From Shigella phage phi2457T, in the sequence record MH917278: a stretch of DNA of 50,219 bases; one strand, written 5' to 3'. The first letter of the stretch is position 1, and every line of letters starts with the position of its first letter. The position numbers were made by a program, and so were the translations under genes. The notes beneath the pieces were generated by a model. That model ran no database searches. It was given only the letters and a program-made list of their open reading frames with translations, and was not told the DNA's origin. This document shows positions 17,279 through 26,170 of the stretch, one piece after another.

Positions 17279-17566
17279 ATGGCTAAAGAAAAAACTGTTG
17301 TTATCGTAAACGTTGGTGTGGCGCTTCAGATGTTCCGTCTTGAAGATGGCTCATTCGCAAAGGTTCTCCCGGATGAAGAGGTGACACTCCCAGCATCCGC
17401 ACTTGAATTGCCTGGGCTGCGTTGCTTGATTGCTCGCGAAGAAATCGAAGTAAAAGACGACAGTGCCACCAACCGGAAAATCCGCGCAGAGATGGCTAAA
17501 CTTAAAAAGCCTGATCCGTGGGATAGTAAAAGTGTTAAAGAACTTGAGGACGGCGGCGAATATTAA
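17279..17566 (+). CDS. hypothetical protein (95 aa), terminator-flanked
   Basis: ORF track; SD ggagaaa; terminators on both sides. Confidence 0.4.
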   Translation: MAKEKTVVIVNVGVALQMFRLEDGSFAKVLPDEEVTLPASALELPGLRCLIAREEIEVKDDSATNRKIRAEMAKLKKPDPWDSKSVKELEDGGEY

Positions 17567-17570
17567 TCAT

Positions 17571-17598
17571 CAAGGCGCTCATGTAGCGCCTTTTTTTT
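17571..17598 (+). terminator. rho-independent terminator
   Basis: Hairpin ggcgct/agcgcc followed by TTTTTTTT. Confidence 0.6.
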
Positions 17599-17611
17599 GT
17601 GGAGTTTGGTT

Positions 17612-18022
17612 ATGAATCAAGAAACTTTAATTTCAGTTGTTGAGCAAGTGCGAAAGCTGGTCCCTGCACTTCGCAAAGTTCCAGATGAAACTCTTTATGC
17701 ATGGGTTGAAATGGCTGAGCTATTCGTATGCCATAAGACCTTCAAAGACGCATACGTCAAAGCGCTTGCTCTTTATGCTTTACATCTTGCTTTCCTTGAC
17801 GGAGCACTAAAAGGTGAAGATGAAGATCTGGAATCTTACTCACGACGCGTTACGTCTTTCTCACTGAGCGGTGAGTTTAGTCAGACTTTTGGTGAGGTTA
17901 CGAAAAACCAGTCAGGAAACACAATGCTTTCGACGCCGTGGGGTAAGATGTTTGAACAACTTAAAGCGCGACGCCGTGGTAGGTTCGCATTAATGACCGG
18001 ACTCCGTGGAGGATGCCACTAA
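17612..18022 (+). CDS. head-tail connector / head completion protein (putative)
   Basis: Position after major capsid; internal ATG with SD; identity by synteny. Confidence 0.45.
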   Translation: MNQETLISVVEQVRKLVPALRKVPDETLYAWVEMAELFVCHKTFKDAYVKALALYALHLAFLDGALKGEDEDLESYSRRVTSFSLSGEFSQTFGEVTKNQSGNTMLSTPWGKMFEQLKARRRGRFALMTGLRGGCH

Positions 18023-18393
18023 TGAACTACTCACAAATTGAAAGAATGGCTCGCAAAGGCGTGGCTTTCTTCACAGATCCATCAAGACCTATGAACCTGA
18101 TAAGGGAAGGTGAATATGGATACGATGAAAATGGATTCGAGATTCCACCGATGGAACAGGTTATTCCAATATCTGGAGCCACTCGCAGACCAAATGCTCG
18201 GGAGGTTGACGGAGAAACAATACGCGCCTCCGACCTTTTGGGGATCTTCAATAATGATCATGAAATAAACGAAGGCGACTATATAGAGATTGACGGTGTT
18301 CGTCATGTTGTAGTTGACGCTCGTCCGGTTCAGGCGTCATTAGAACCTGTCGCCTATCGTCCAGTATTAAGGAGGGTATCAGTCGGTGGCTAA
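18022..18393 (+). CDS. head-tail joining protein (putative)
   Basis: TAATG coupling to upstream gene; synteny. Confidence 0.45.
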   Translation: MNYSQIERMARKGVAFFTDPSRPMNLIREGEYGYDENGFEIPPMEQVIPISGATRRPNAREVDGETIRASDLLGIFNNDHEINEGDYIEIDGVRHVVVDARPVQASLEPVAYRPVLRRVSVGG

Positions 18394-18829
18394 TTATCAG
18401 ATTCGTAGATTTCAAGGTGAGATTGATGCGTGGATTAAGGCAGCAGAGAGCACTCTTGAGCACGCTATTGAGATATTTGTAAGAGATGTGCATAGCGCTC
18501 TTGTTAGCCGATCTCCTGTCGATACTGGGCGTTTTAAGGGTAACTGGCAGATAACTTTTAACGAAATACCCAGCTACGCATTAAACCGATATGATAAAAC
18601 TGGCGGTGTAGTACGCGGTGAGGAACAGGCAAAGACTTATGGCATGTTCAGCCGTGGAGGTGCGATAACCTCGGTTCACTTTTCAAACATGTTGATTTAT
18701 GCAAACGCACTTGAATACGGTCACTCACAGCAAGCGCCAAGCGGCGTAGTAGGATTGGTGGCGTTGAGGCTGCGATCGTATATGTCTGGTGCAATAAAGC
18801 AAGCAAGGAGACAACAAAATGCACTATGA
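18386..18829 (+). CDS. head-tail adaptor, HK97 gp10-like (putative)
   Basis: Sequence ...DTGRFKGNWQ... resembles HK97 gp10-family neck proteins; synteny. Confidence 0.5.
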   Translation: MANYQIRRFQGEIDAWIKAAESTLEHAIEIFVRDVHSALVSRSPVDTGRFKGNWQITFNEIPSYALNRYDKTGGVVRGEEQAKTYGMFSRGGAITSVHFSNMLIYANALEYGHSQQAPSGVVGLVALRLRSYMSGAIKQARRQQNAL

Positions 18830-19217
18830 GTTATCAGCGGCGGCTAGAGCCGCATTTCTGTCAAAGTACAGAGATTTTCCTCACTACATGGAAAACCGCA
18901 ACTTCACACCACCGAAGGATGGCGGTATGTGGCTTAGATTTAATTACATAGAAGGCGATACACGTTATCTATCCATTGACAGAAAATGCAAGTCTTACAT
19001 TGCTATCGTGCAAATTGGAGTGGTTTTCCCTCCAGGATCAGGGGTTGACGAGGCAAGATTGAAAGCAAAAGAGATTGCTGATTTTTTCAAAGATGGTAAA
19101 ATGCTTAACGTTGGTTATATTTTCGAGGGTGCAATCGTGCATCAAATTGTTAAACACGAGAGCGGGTGGATGATTCCGGTTCGCTTTACAGTACGAGTAG
19201 ACACAAAGGAGACTTAA
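18819..19217 (+). CDS. tail completion / tail terminator protein (putative)
   Basis: Position immediately before major tail protein. Confidence 0.45.
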   Translation: MHYELSAAARAAFLSKYRDFPHYMENRNFTPPKDGGMWLRFNYIEGDTRYLSIDRKCKSYIAIVQIGVVFPPGSGVDEARLKAKEIADFFKDGKMLNVGYIFEGAIVHQIVKHESGWMIPVRFTVRVDTKET

Positions 19218-19218
19218 T

Positions 19219-19887
19219 ATGCACTTACCAAATGGCGCGCAAATTTTCGTGGAAACCTCTCGCGGAGAAGAGATCGAGGCGACCGCTGTCACTAACGCAA
19301 AAAATCCTGTTGCTACAGTTGCATCTAAGGGCGACTTGGCGAAAGGTGATTACGTTATTGTAACTCAGTCAACTTGGGCTAAGATGGTTAGTCGAGTACT
19401 AATTGTTACTGACGCCCAAGAAACAAGCATTACTCTTGCTGGGATTGACACTACTGATGCTCTTGTTTTCCCGGCTGGCGGTACAATGAGCTTTGCAAAA
19501 ATTACTGGCTGGACTGAGATCCCTTGCGTACAGGAGATTGGTCAGGACGGCGGCGAGCAGCAGTATTACACTTATCAGTGTTTGTCTGACGATAAAGAGC
19601 AGCAGATCCCGACGTTTAAGTCTGCAATCTCGCTAACGTACACCTTCGCGCACGAATTTGATAACCCTATCTATCCTATTCTGCGTAAGCTGGATTCTTC
19701 TGGTCAGGTAACTGCGGTTCGGATGTATGTTCCAAAAGCGAACGAGATGCGCATGTGGGCTGGTATCTTGTCTTTTAACGACATTCCATCTACGCAAGTA
19801 AACGAAATGGAAACGGTACAACTCGCCGTATCCCTGAAGGGTGATTTCACTTTCGTTTCATCCGCTCTGGCATCACCTGGTGCCTAA
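19219..19887 (+). CDS. major tail protein
   Basis: 222 aa directly upstream of the G/G-T chaperone pair and tape measure; followed by hairpin. Confidence 0.6.
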   Translation: MHLPNGAQIFVETSRGEEIEATAVTNAKNPVATVASKGDLAKGDYVIVTQSTWAKMVSRVLIVTDAQETSITLAGIDTTDALVFPAGGTMSFAKITGWTEIPCVQEIGQDGGEQQYYTYQCLSDDKEQQIPTFKSAISLTYTFAHEFDNPIYPILRKLDSSGQVTAVRMYVPKANEMRMWAGILSFNDIPSTQVNEMETVQLAVSLKGDFTFVSSALASPGA

Positions 19888-19898
19888 ATCATATCCAC

Positions 19899-19922
19899 AG
19901 GGGGCTTGCGCCCCCTTATTCA
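19899..19922 (+). terminator. terminator-like hairpin
   Basis: agggggcttgcgccccct followed by a weak T-rich tract. Confidence 0.4.
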
Positions 19923-19960
19923 TTTCTGTAAAATCATCGTATCAAGTTTGCACTATTCTC

Positions 19961-19980
19961 TTTTAACAAAAAGTGCCATT
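19961..19980 (-). promoter_or_regulatory. conserved intergenic element copy, inverted relative to local transcription
   Basis: ttttaacaaaaagtgccatt upstream of tail chaperone gene. Confidence 0.4.
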
Positions 19981-20000
19981 AACCAATCAGGAGAAATATC

Positions 20001-20318
20001 ATGGCTAAATTTAATTTCGTTCTTGGTCAACTTCCAGACTTCAAACTTCCAGTCACCTTCACCATGCCTAACGGTGAAGATGCAACGATCATTTTCACTG
20101 TACGCCACCTTTCCAGTAAAGAAGTTCAGGATATGTATGCCAACCAGGGAGAAATGAACGACAGCGAGTTCATTACCAAGATCGCGTCAGGATGGAACCT
20201 TGAAGAAGAATTTAACGAAGAAAATGCGCGAAAACTGGTTCAGTATTATCCTTCAGCAGCGTACAACCTGACAGCAACTTACATCAAGGCTCTCGCCGGA
20301 CACCGCGCAAAAAACTAA
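20001..20318 (+). CDS. tail assembly chaperone (lambda gpG-like)
   Basis: 105 aa ORF between major tail and tape measure; ends with slippery A_AAA_AAC two codons before the stop. Confidence 0.7.
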   Translation: MAKFNFVLGQLPDFKLPVTFTMPNGEDATIIFTVRHLSSKEVQDMYANQGEMNDSEFITKIASGWNLEEEFNEENARKLVQYYPSAAYNLTATYIKALAGHRAKN

Positions 20319-20635
20319 AAAGGGCGGTCTATCTGTTATATCAGAAGCCGCCAACAGAGGAACAATTGCGATCGGTTGGTTTAAGTCTTTCAGACTATGA
20401 AGACGAGGAACCTGAAACGATAATTGGCGACGCTGAAATGGTGAAGGCTTGGAATGTTTTTACATCAATGCTCACTCAGTGGAGAAGTTCAGGCGCTGGC
20501 GCTTATGGTCTTGACTATAATGTTTTGCCTATGTTGTTTAAAATCTATAAAATAGAAGATGAAGAACTGGCATTGCAGGACGTTAGGATCATGGAAGCGA
20601 AAGCGCTTGAAATGATTGCTAAGCAGAATAACTAA
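20001..20635 (+). CDS. tail assembly chaperone G-T fusion via -1 programmed ribosomal frameshift (predicted)
   Basis: Heptamer A AAA AAC at 20309-20315 in frame 0; the -1 frame is open from 20309 through ORF 20366..20635 with no intervening stop. Confidence 0.6.
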
Positions 20636-20658
20636 GCCGCCGTCTGGCGGTTTTTTTG
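20636..20658 (+). terminator. rho-independent terminator
   Basis: Hairpin ccgcc/ggcgg followed by TTTTTTT. Confidence 0.55.
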
Positions 20659-20674
20659 TATATAAGGGGGTTAT

Positions 20675-23548
20675 ATGGTTGATAAGGTAGCAGGTCTATC
20701 GCTTGACGTTGATGTTTCGACAGTGCAGCGCGCCGTCAAGTCATTGAAAGAGTTTTCAAAAGCTAACGACCAAGCCGCTGACTCTATGGGGTCTTTAATC
20801 AATGAGGCCGAGGTTGCAAAACAGAAGGCTAAAGAGCACGCTGAGCAACTTAAGCGCCAGCGCAAAGAGTACGAGGCTGTAGAAAAGGCAATCGATCCTA
20901 CAGTATCAAAAATGGAAAGGCTGAAGATTGCATCTCAGCAGCTTGATAAACTCTGGCAAAAGGGCGTTGTTCCAGATGAAACATTTTTCCGTTTGGGTGA
21001 AATGCTGGACATGCAAAATGCAAAACTTGCTCGCAGCCGAGCCATGCTTACTGAAGAGGGGCAGGCAGCATTGCAGGAAGCGAAAGCAAAAGAGCAGGCA
21101 GCAGCGAAAAACAAAGCGTTCATGGATTCCCTGAACAGTCAGGTTAACGCTATTGGCAAAACTCACGCAGAGTTAATGGAACTGAAAGCGGCTCAGCTTG
21201 GACTATCAAATGAAGCAGCGCCACTGATCGCAAAACTGAAAGAGCAGGGTCGAGCCATGAATGCCGCAGGTATTAGCGCGGGGCAATATAGGCAGGCAAT
21301 GCGAATGCTTCCTGCACAGATTACCGACGTCGTTACATCTCTTGCGTCCGGTATGCCAGTTTGGATGGTTGCCATCCAGCAAGGTGGTCAAATCAAGGAC
21401 TCGTTCGGCGGGATCGGGAATACGTTTAAGGTATTGCTCAGCTATATTAATCCGGTCACAGTTGGTGTTGGTGTTCTTGTCGGCTCTTTAGGTCTTCTTG
21501 CGAAAGCTGGTTATGACTCTTACAAGTCAATAACTGATATGCAGAAGGCTCTTGTTGAGACTGGAGGTTATGCAGGAGTCACGGCTGAAGAACTTGATTC
21601 TGTTGCTAAAAAGGTGTCTCAGACGAGCAATTCAACAATTTCAAGCATTCGTGAGATTGTTACTGAACTTGCCAGTACGGGGAAGTATACGCGAGAGCAG
21701 ATTCAGAACATCACAAAGGCTACCGCTGAGTGGTCGACAGCAACCGGTAAATCAGCAAGTAAAATCATCGCTGAGTTCGATAAAATCGCAAGCGATCCTG
21801 TAAAGGGTCTGGCTAAACTTAACGAGCAATACAACTTTTTAGAAAAAGGGCAACTGACATATATCGATACGCTAAGCCGTACTAAGGGTGAAACAGAGGC
21901 AGTGTCTGAAGCCACGAAATTATTCGCCGATGTAATGGAAAAACGAATGAAGTCGATCGCTGATAATGCTACCCCTCTGGAAAAAATGTGGAACGATATT
22001 AAGCAGTGGGCCTCTGATGCGTGGGGGTGGGTTGGGGATCATACTCTCGGAGCATTAAACCTGATTATTGACGTAGTTCAGGGTACGGTAATTCAGGTAA
22101 AAATGATTCTGGCGAAGGGTGATGAGTACATCTCAAACTTTATAGCCTCTGCAATTAAGGCTACGCAGTCTCTGCCTGGAATGAGTGATTTCGGCGCTGA
22201 TGTACTAAAGGAACAGGAGAATATTGTAAAAAGTTCTCGTGACAACTACGATCAGTTAGCTTCAGAGCTTGATGCCATCAACGCCCGTGTTGAAAAAGGT
22301 GAGATGGGATACATTGAAGCAATGAAGCAGCGCCGTACTCTTGAAAAGCAGTATAGCCAGGAAACTAAGGACGCCATCAAGGAAGAAGCTAAAGAGATCG
22401 AAAAGCGAAACCGTGAACGAAATAAGCAGTCGAAAATTTTACGCTCACCTACAGAGCAATTCGATAAGGAGTTAATTTCACTCAAAGCGCAGCTTAAGGT
22501 TTTGCAGGAGCACAAGGAGATCGGGCAAAAAATATCAGCACAGAGAAAGGCGCTTTTTACGACTGAGGCTACAATTGCTGTTCTTCGAGAAGCTAGTTCT
22601 AAGCGTCAGCTATCTGCGGAAGAAAAAGCACTACTTGCAAACCAAGAGAAGGTTTTAGAGCTTGCGAAACAAAAGGCTGAGATTGGCGATCAGATTGTTA
22701 AGCAGCAGCAGTTGAACGCACTTACCGATAAATCACTGAAATTTGTCAATGATTTGACGGCAGCTACAGAGCAGCTAAACGCGTCTCGCGGGATGAGCAC
22801 TCGAGAAATGGAACGACAAGCGGAACTGGCTAAGATCACCACTGACTATATTAATGCAGGTGGCAGCGAAGGAGATGAAAAACTCCAGAACATGATCAAG
22901 GCACAAAATGATTACTATGCTGCGGAAGATGCCAAGCGCGCTGACTGGTTAGCTGGTGCTGAAAGCGCATTTGCAGATTACGGCGATTCTGCAATGGATA
23001 TGTACGGCAACGTGTATGATATCGCGTCAAGTTCACTTAACGGAATGAGTGATATGATGACCCAATTCCTTACTACAGGTAAGGCAAATTTTGAGGACTT
23101 TGCGAAAAATATCATTAGCATGATTATCAAGATGATTGCTCAGATGGTAATCTTCAATACGATCTCAGGCATGACGGGAGGTAAGACATGGAGTTTTGCA
23201 AGTGGATTGACCTCTAGCGCTTCTGCGGCATCACAGGCAACTCCTACGCCTGCCGTCTCTGGTTTTAGGTCTTTATCTTCAGGCGTTGCCGTTACCTCGC
23301 TTGCTGCCGCTGCGGGTAGTGTTGCAACCTCTGGATTTAACGCATCTAAATCCGCACCGAAGGCAGCGAACCAGTCAGCAGGCGGGACGGTCGTTGATGT
23401 TAGGGGTATGGAGGTTAAAGTTGACAACGGTTCAGATCCGAGAGGAATTTCTCAGGGCGTAGAAATGATGTTCAAAAAAATGATTCGAGAGTCTTGTTCG
23501 CAGGGCGGTGAGGTTTACAATTACATTCAGGAAAAAACAGGAGGCTAA
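20675..23548 (+). CDS. tail tape measure protein
   Basis: 957 aa, Ala/Lys/Glu/Gln-rich coiled-coil sequence with hydrophobic segments near 21400 and 23100; position after G/G-T. Confidence 0.9.
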   Translation: MVDKVAGLSLDVDVSTVQRAVKSLKEFSKANDQAADSMGSLINEAEVAKQKAKEHAEQLKRQRKEYEAVEKAIDPTVSKMERLKIASQQLDKLWQKGVVPDETFFRLGEMLDMQNAKLARSRAMLTEEGQAALQEAKAKEQAAAKNKAFMDSLNSQVNAIGKTHAELMELKAAQLGLSNEAAPLIAKLKEQGRAMNAAGISAGQYRQAMRMLPAQITDVVTSLASGMPVWMVAIQQGGQIKDSFGGIGNTFKVLLSYINPVTVGVGVLVGSLGLLAKAGYDSYKSITDMQKALVETGGYAGVTAEELDSVAKKVSQTSNSTISSIREIVTELASTGKYTREQIQNITKATAEWSTATGKSASKIIAEFDKIASDPVKGLAKLNEQYNFLEKGQLTYIDTLSRTKGETEAVSEATKLFADVMEKRMKSIADNATPLEKMWNDIKQWASDAWGWVGDHTLGALNLIIDVVQGTVIQVKMILAKGDEYISNFIASAIKATQSLPGMSDFGADVLKEQENIVKSSRDNYDQLASELDAINARVEKGEMGYIEAMKQRRTLEKQYSQETKDAIKEEAKEIEKRNRERNKQSKILRSPTEQFDKELISLKAQLKVLQEHKEIGQKISAQRKALFTTEATIAVLREASSKRQLSAEEKALLANQEKVLELAKQKAEIGDQIVKQQQLNALTDKSLKFVNDLTAATEQLNASRGMSTREMERQAELAKITTDYINAGGSEGDEKLQNMIKAQNDYYAAEDAKRADWLAGAESAFADYGDSAMDMYGNVYDIASSSLNGMSDMMTQFLTTGKANFEDFAKNIISMIIKMIAQMVIFNTISGMTGGKTWSFASGLTSSASAASQATPTPAVSGFRSLSSGVAVTSLAAAAGSVATSGFNASKSAPKAANQSAGGTVVDVRGMEVKVDNGSDPRGISQGVEMMFKKMIRESCSQGGEVYNYIQEKTGG

Positions 23549-23550
23549 TA

Positions 23551-23904
23551 ATGGCGACACTTGACACTTTCAGTTGGTGTACGCAGGTTCAAGGGGGCGG
23601 CGGCTCCCTTACCACTACCAACAATGACAGATCCATACAGTTTGGAAACGGCTACATGCAGCTTGCATCTTCTGGATTTAACACCACGCGACGCGAGTAT
23701 TCAGTTGTCTATGCTGGGGAAGATTTCATGTCTGTTTACGACTTCTGCAACTCTCACCGCATAAAGCCGTTCGCATGGACTCCACCGGACGGTAAGATCG
23801 GGGTATGGGTAGTCAAGCCTAACAGCTTGGGTGCGAAGCCAGTATCACGCGACGTGATGGAGATTAACGTCACGTTTATGGAGCAGTTTACATCTATGGA
23901 GTAG
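23551..23904 (+). CDS. minor tail protein (lambda gpM-like)
   Basis: 117 aa directly after tape measure; synteny with lambda M-L-K-I-J. Confidence 0.6.
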   Translation: MATLDTFSWCTQVQGGGGSLTTTNNDRSIQFGNGYMQLASSGFNTTRREYSVVYAGEDFMSVYDFCNSHRIKPFAWTPPDGKIGVWVVKPNSLGAKPVSRDVMEINVTFMEQFTSME

Positions 23905-23916
23905 CACCTCATGACA

Positions 23917-23942
23917 AAAGCCCGCCTTGCGCGGGTTTTTTT
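23917..23942 (+). terminator. rho-independent terminator followed by -10-like element
   Basis: Hairpin cccgccttgcgcggg + T7; downstream gtagctgtagaatgg. Confidence 0.6.
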
Positions 23943-23983
23943 GTAGCTGTAGAATGGTTGCAGGCAAACAAGAGGAAAAATCA

Positions 23984-24766
23984 ATGAGCGAAAACAAAAA
24001 ACTGTATGATGAAGAAAGCGGAAAGAGCCTGTTTCATAACTGCCTGCAATCACTGTATCCTGGAGAGATTATCACTCTGATCGAAGTGGATGGTAGCAAG
24101 TTCGGCGCTCAGGTGTATCGATTCCACGGAGAGAATATCCAGTACACTCCAGAGGAAATCATGCAGGCCCAGCAAACTGGAACGCTGCCGCCGAAAGAAA
24201 TTACATTCCGTGGGGAGCAATATGGAGCGCGCCCGTTCGGCATATCCGGGATCTCGTTTGATAGTTCCGGCAAGGCAACAAAACCACAGTTGACGGTGGC
24301 GAACATTGATAGCAGGGTATCTGCAATGATTCGATCATATAACGGATTGATGCAAGCTAAGGTGACAATCTGGATCACTCAAAAGGACTTAATTCAACCT
24401 GACGGCTCAATAGCTGACGGCGCTTACCGCAAACTGGTATACTATATCGAACGCCCGAGCTATGTCGATAAGAGCGTCGCCCGATTCGATCTCACGTCTC
24501 CGTATGATATGGATGGCATCATGATCCCGTCTCGACTAACGCAAAGCGTTTGCTATTGGGCGCAGCGGGGGTGGTATAAAACCGGGAAAGGCTGCGGATA
24601 CAACGGGCAAAACGGTTATTTTGACAAAGACAATAATCCGGTAGACGATCCTGCTTTGGATTTCTGCCCAGGTACGGTAACGGCCTGCCGCCTGCGATTC
24701 GGCGCAAACAATGAACTGGATTTTGGCGGCTGCGCGGTTGCTTCACTACAGAGGAAAAATCAATGA
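23984..24766 (+). CDS. minor tail protein (lambda gpL-like)
   Basis: Internal ATG with SD aagagga; Cys-rich C-terminus (CYWAQ...CGYNG...CPGTVTAC...GGC) like the Fe-S binding region of gpL. Confidence 0.65.
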   Translation: MSENKKLYDEESGKSLFHNCLQSLYPGEIITLIEVDGSKFGAQVYRFHGENIQYTPEEIMQAQQTGTLPPKEITFRGEQYGARPFGISGISFDSSGKATKPQLTVANIDSRVSAMIRSYNGLMQAKVTIWITQKDLIQPDGSIADGAYRKLVYYIERPSYVDKSVARFDLTSPYDMDGIMIPSRLTQSVCYWAQRGWYKTGKGCGYNGQNGYFDKDNNPVDDPALDFCPGTVTACRLRFGANNELDFGGCAVASLQRKNQ

Positions 24767-25497
24767 TTAATGCAAAAATTAAACTTGAAATCATGACTCA
24801 CGCTCAAGAAGAATACCCCCGCGAATGCTGCGGGGTAGTTACCCAAAAAGGACGCGTGCAAAAATACCATCGCATTGATAACGTGCATCGCGATCCTGAG
24901 AATCATTTCATGATGGACGCAGTGCAATACGCATGTATTGAGGATGACGCAGACTCAACCACGATTGCGATCGTTCACAGCCACACAGGAGACGGGGCTA
25001 CAACTCTTCCCAGTGCGCACGACACATGCATGTGCAACGAGATGGAAGTTACATGGATTATTGTTAGCGTACCGGAAGGAGATATGCGATTTGTTAAGCC
25101 TGAGAAATTACCTCTGATTGGTCGACCGTGGTCGTTAGGATCATTTGACTGTTACGGGCTAGTAATGGCGTGGCACAAAGAGCACGGCGTAGAGTTACGC
25201 GATCGCCGATTGAATTTTGAATGGTGGAAACCTGAGTACGGAATTAATCTCTATCAGGATTATTACAAGCAAGATGGATTCGTTGAGATTCCAGATCAGA
25301 ATAACCCATCATTCGGGGATATGGTAATCATGCAGATAGGGCAAAATGTTCCGGTATGGAACCACGCAGGGATTTACCTGGGTGATAATCAGATCTTGCA
25401 TCACGCCTTTGGCAAACTTTCGCGACGTGATATCTATTCCGGCTGGTATCAGGATCATACTGTTTTAATTGTTCGCCATAAGGATCTTAAATTATGA
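24763..25497 (+). CDS. tail assembly protein (lambda gpK-like; JAB/MPN plus NlpC/P60 domains)
   Basis: JAMM-like motif HSHTGDGATTLPSAHD and C-terminal Cys/His region typical of NlpC/P60; ATGA overlap with L. Confidence 0.7.
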   Translation: MINAKIKLEIMTHAQEEYPRECCGVVTQKGRVQKYHRIDNVHRDPENHFMMDAVQYACIEDDADSTTIAIVHSHTGDGATTLPSAHDTCMCNEMEVTWIIVSVPEGDMRFVKPEKLPLIGRPWSLGSFDCYGLVMAWHKEHGVELRDRRLNFEWWKPEYGINLYQDYYKQDGFVEIPDQNNPSFGDMVIMQIGQNVPVWNHAGIYLGDNQILHHAFGKLSRRDIYSGWYQDHTVLIVRHKDLKL

Positions 25498-26093
25498 ATG
25501 ATGTAAAAGTAATCAAATTATCCGGTTCACTTGGAAGGCGCTTCGGCGTCTTTCACAGATTCGCCGTTGACTCTTACCCGGAAGCTATCCGGGCGCTATC
25601 CAGTCAGGTTGATGGATTCAAAGAATATATGCAAAGTGAGGTCGGATCACGTAGCAAGTTTGCAATATTTGTGGATGGCGTTAACGTTGGACACCATGAA
25701 GAGGAAAAATTCAAGTGTGCCAAAGAGATAAGGATTGTTCCGATCCCGACTGGTTCTAAGTCAGGCGGTCTATTCCAGGTTGTATTGGGTGCGGCAATAA
25801 TGGTTGCTGCGTTCTATACTGGCGGCGCATCTCTGGCGTTAATGGGAACAATGTCCTCGTCTCTGTTTATGATGGGCGGCGCTATGGTGCTGGGCGGCGT
25901 GATGCAGATGATTTCACCGCAGCCTGGAGGCGCAAATTTTGAGGTTCAGTCAAGCAAGAATAAACCTTCTTACGCGTTCGGTGGTGCTGTCAATACTACT
26001 GCGGCGGGATACCCTCTCCCGATCCCATATGGATATCGCGCCGGAGGTGGCGCAACTTTCTCGGCAGGTTCTTATGCCGAGGATATGAGTTAA
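25494..26093 (+). CDS. tail assembly protein (lambda gpI-like)
   Basis: 199 aa with Gly/Ala-rich hydrophobic C-terminal half; position between K and J homologues. Confidence 0.6.
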   Translation: MNDVKVIKLSGSLGRRFGVFHRFAVDSYPEAIRALSSQVDGFKEYMQSEVGSRSKFAIFVDGVNVGHHEEEKFKCAKEIRIVPIPTGSKSGGLFQVVLGAAIMVAAFYTGGASLALMGTMSSSLFMMGGAMVLGGVMQMISPQPGGANFEVQSSKNKPSYAFGGAVNTTAAGYPLPIPYGYRAGGGATFSAGSYAEDMS

Positions 26094-26097
26094 AATT

Positions 26098-26122
26098 AAC
26101 CCGCCTTGCGCGGGTTTTTTTT
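26098..26122 (+). terminator. rho-independent terminator followed by TGTATAAT
   Basis: Same hairpin cccgccttgcgcggg as at 23921, + T8, then cgcctgtataatg. Confidence 0.6.
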
Positions 26123-26170
26123 CGCCTGTATAATGAGTCCACCGATAAATAGCACAAAAAGGTAAGCATC

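Noticed and set aside
20906-21491. Antisense and alternative-frame ORFs inside the tape measure gene (20906..21166 -, 20935..21123 -, 21193..21391 -, 21261..21491 +)
   Set aside because: They are fully embedded in a long, well-supported ORF, lack SD sequences and have low-complexity Cys/Arg-rich translations typical of spurious frames.
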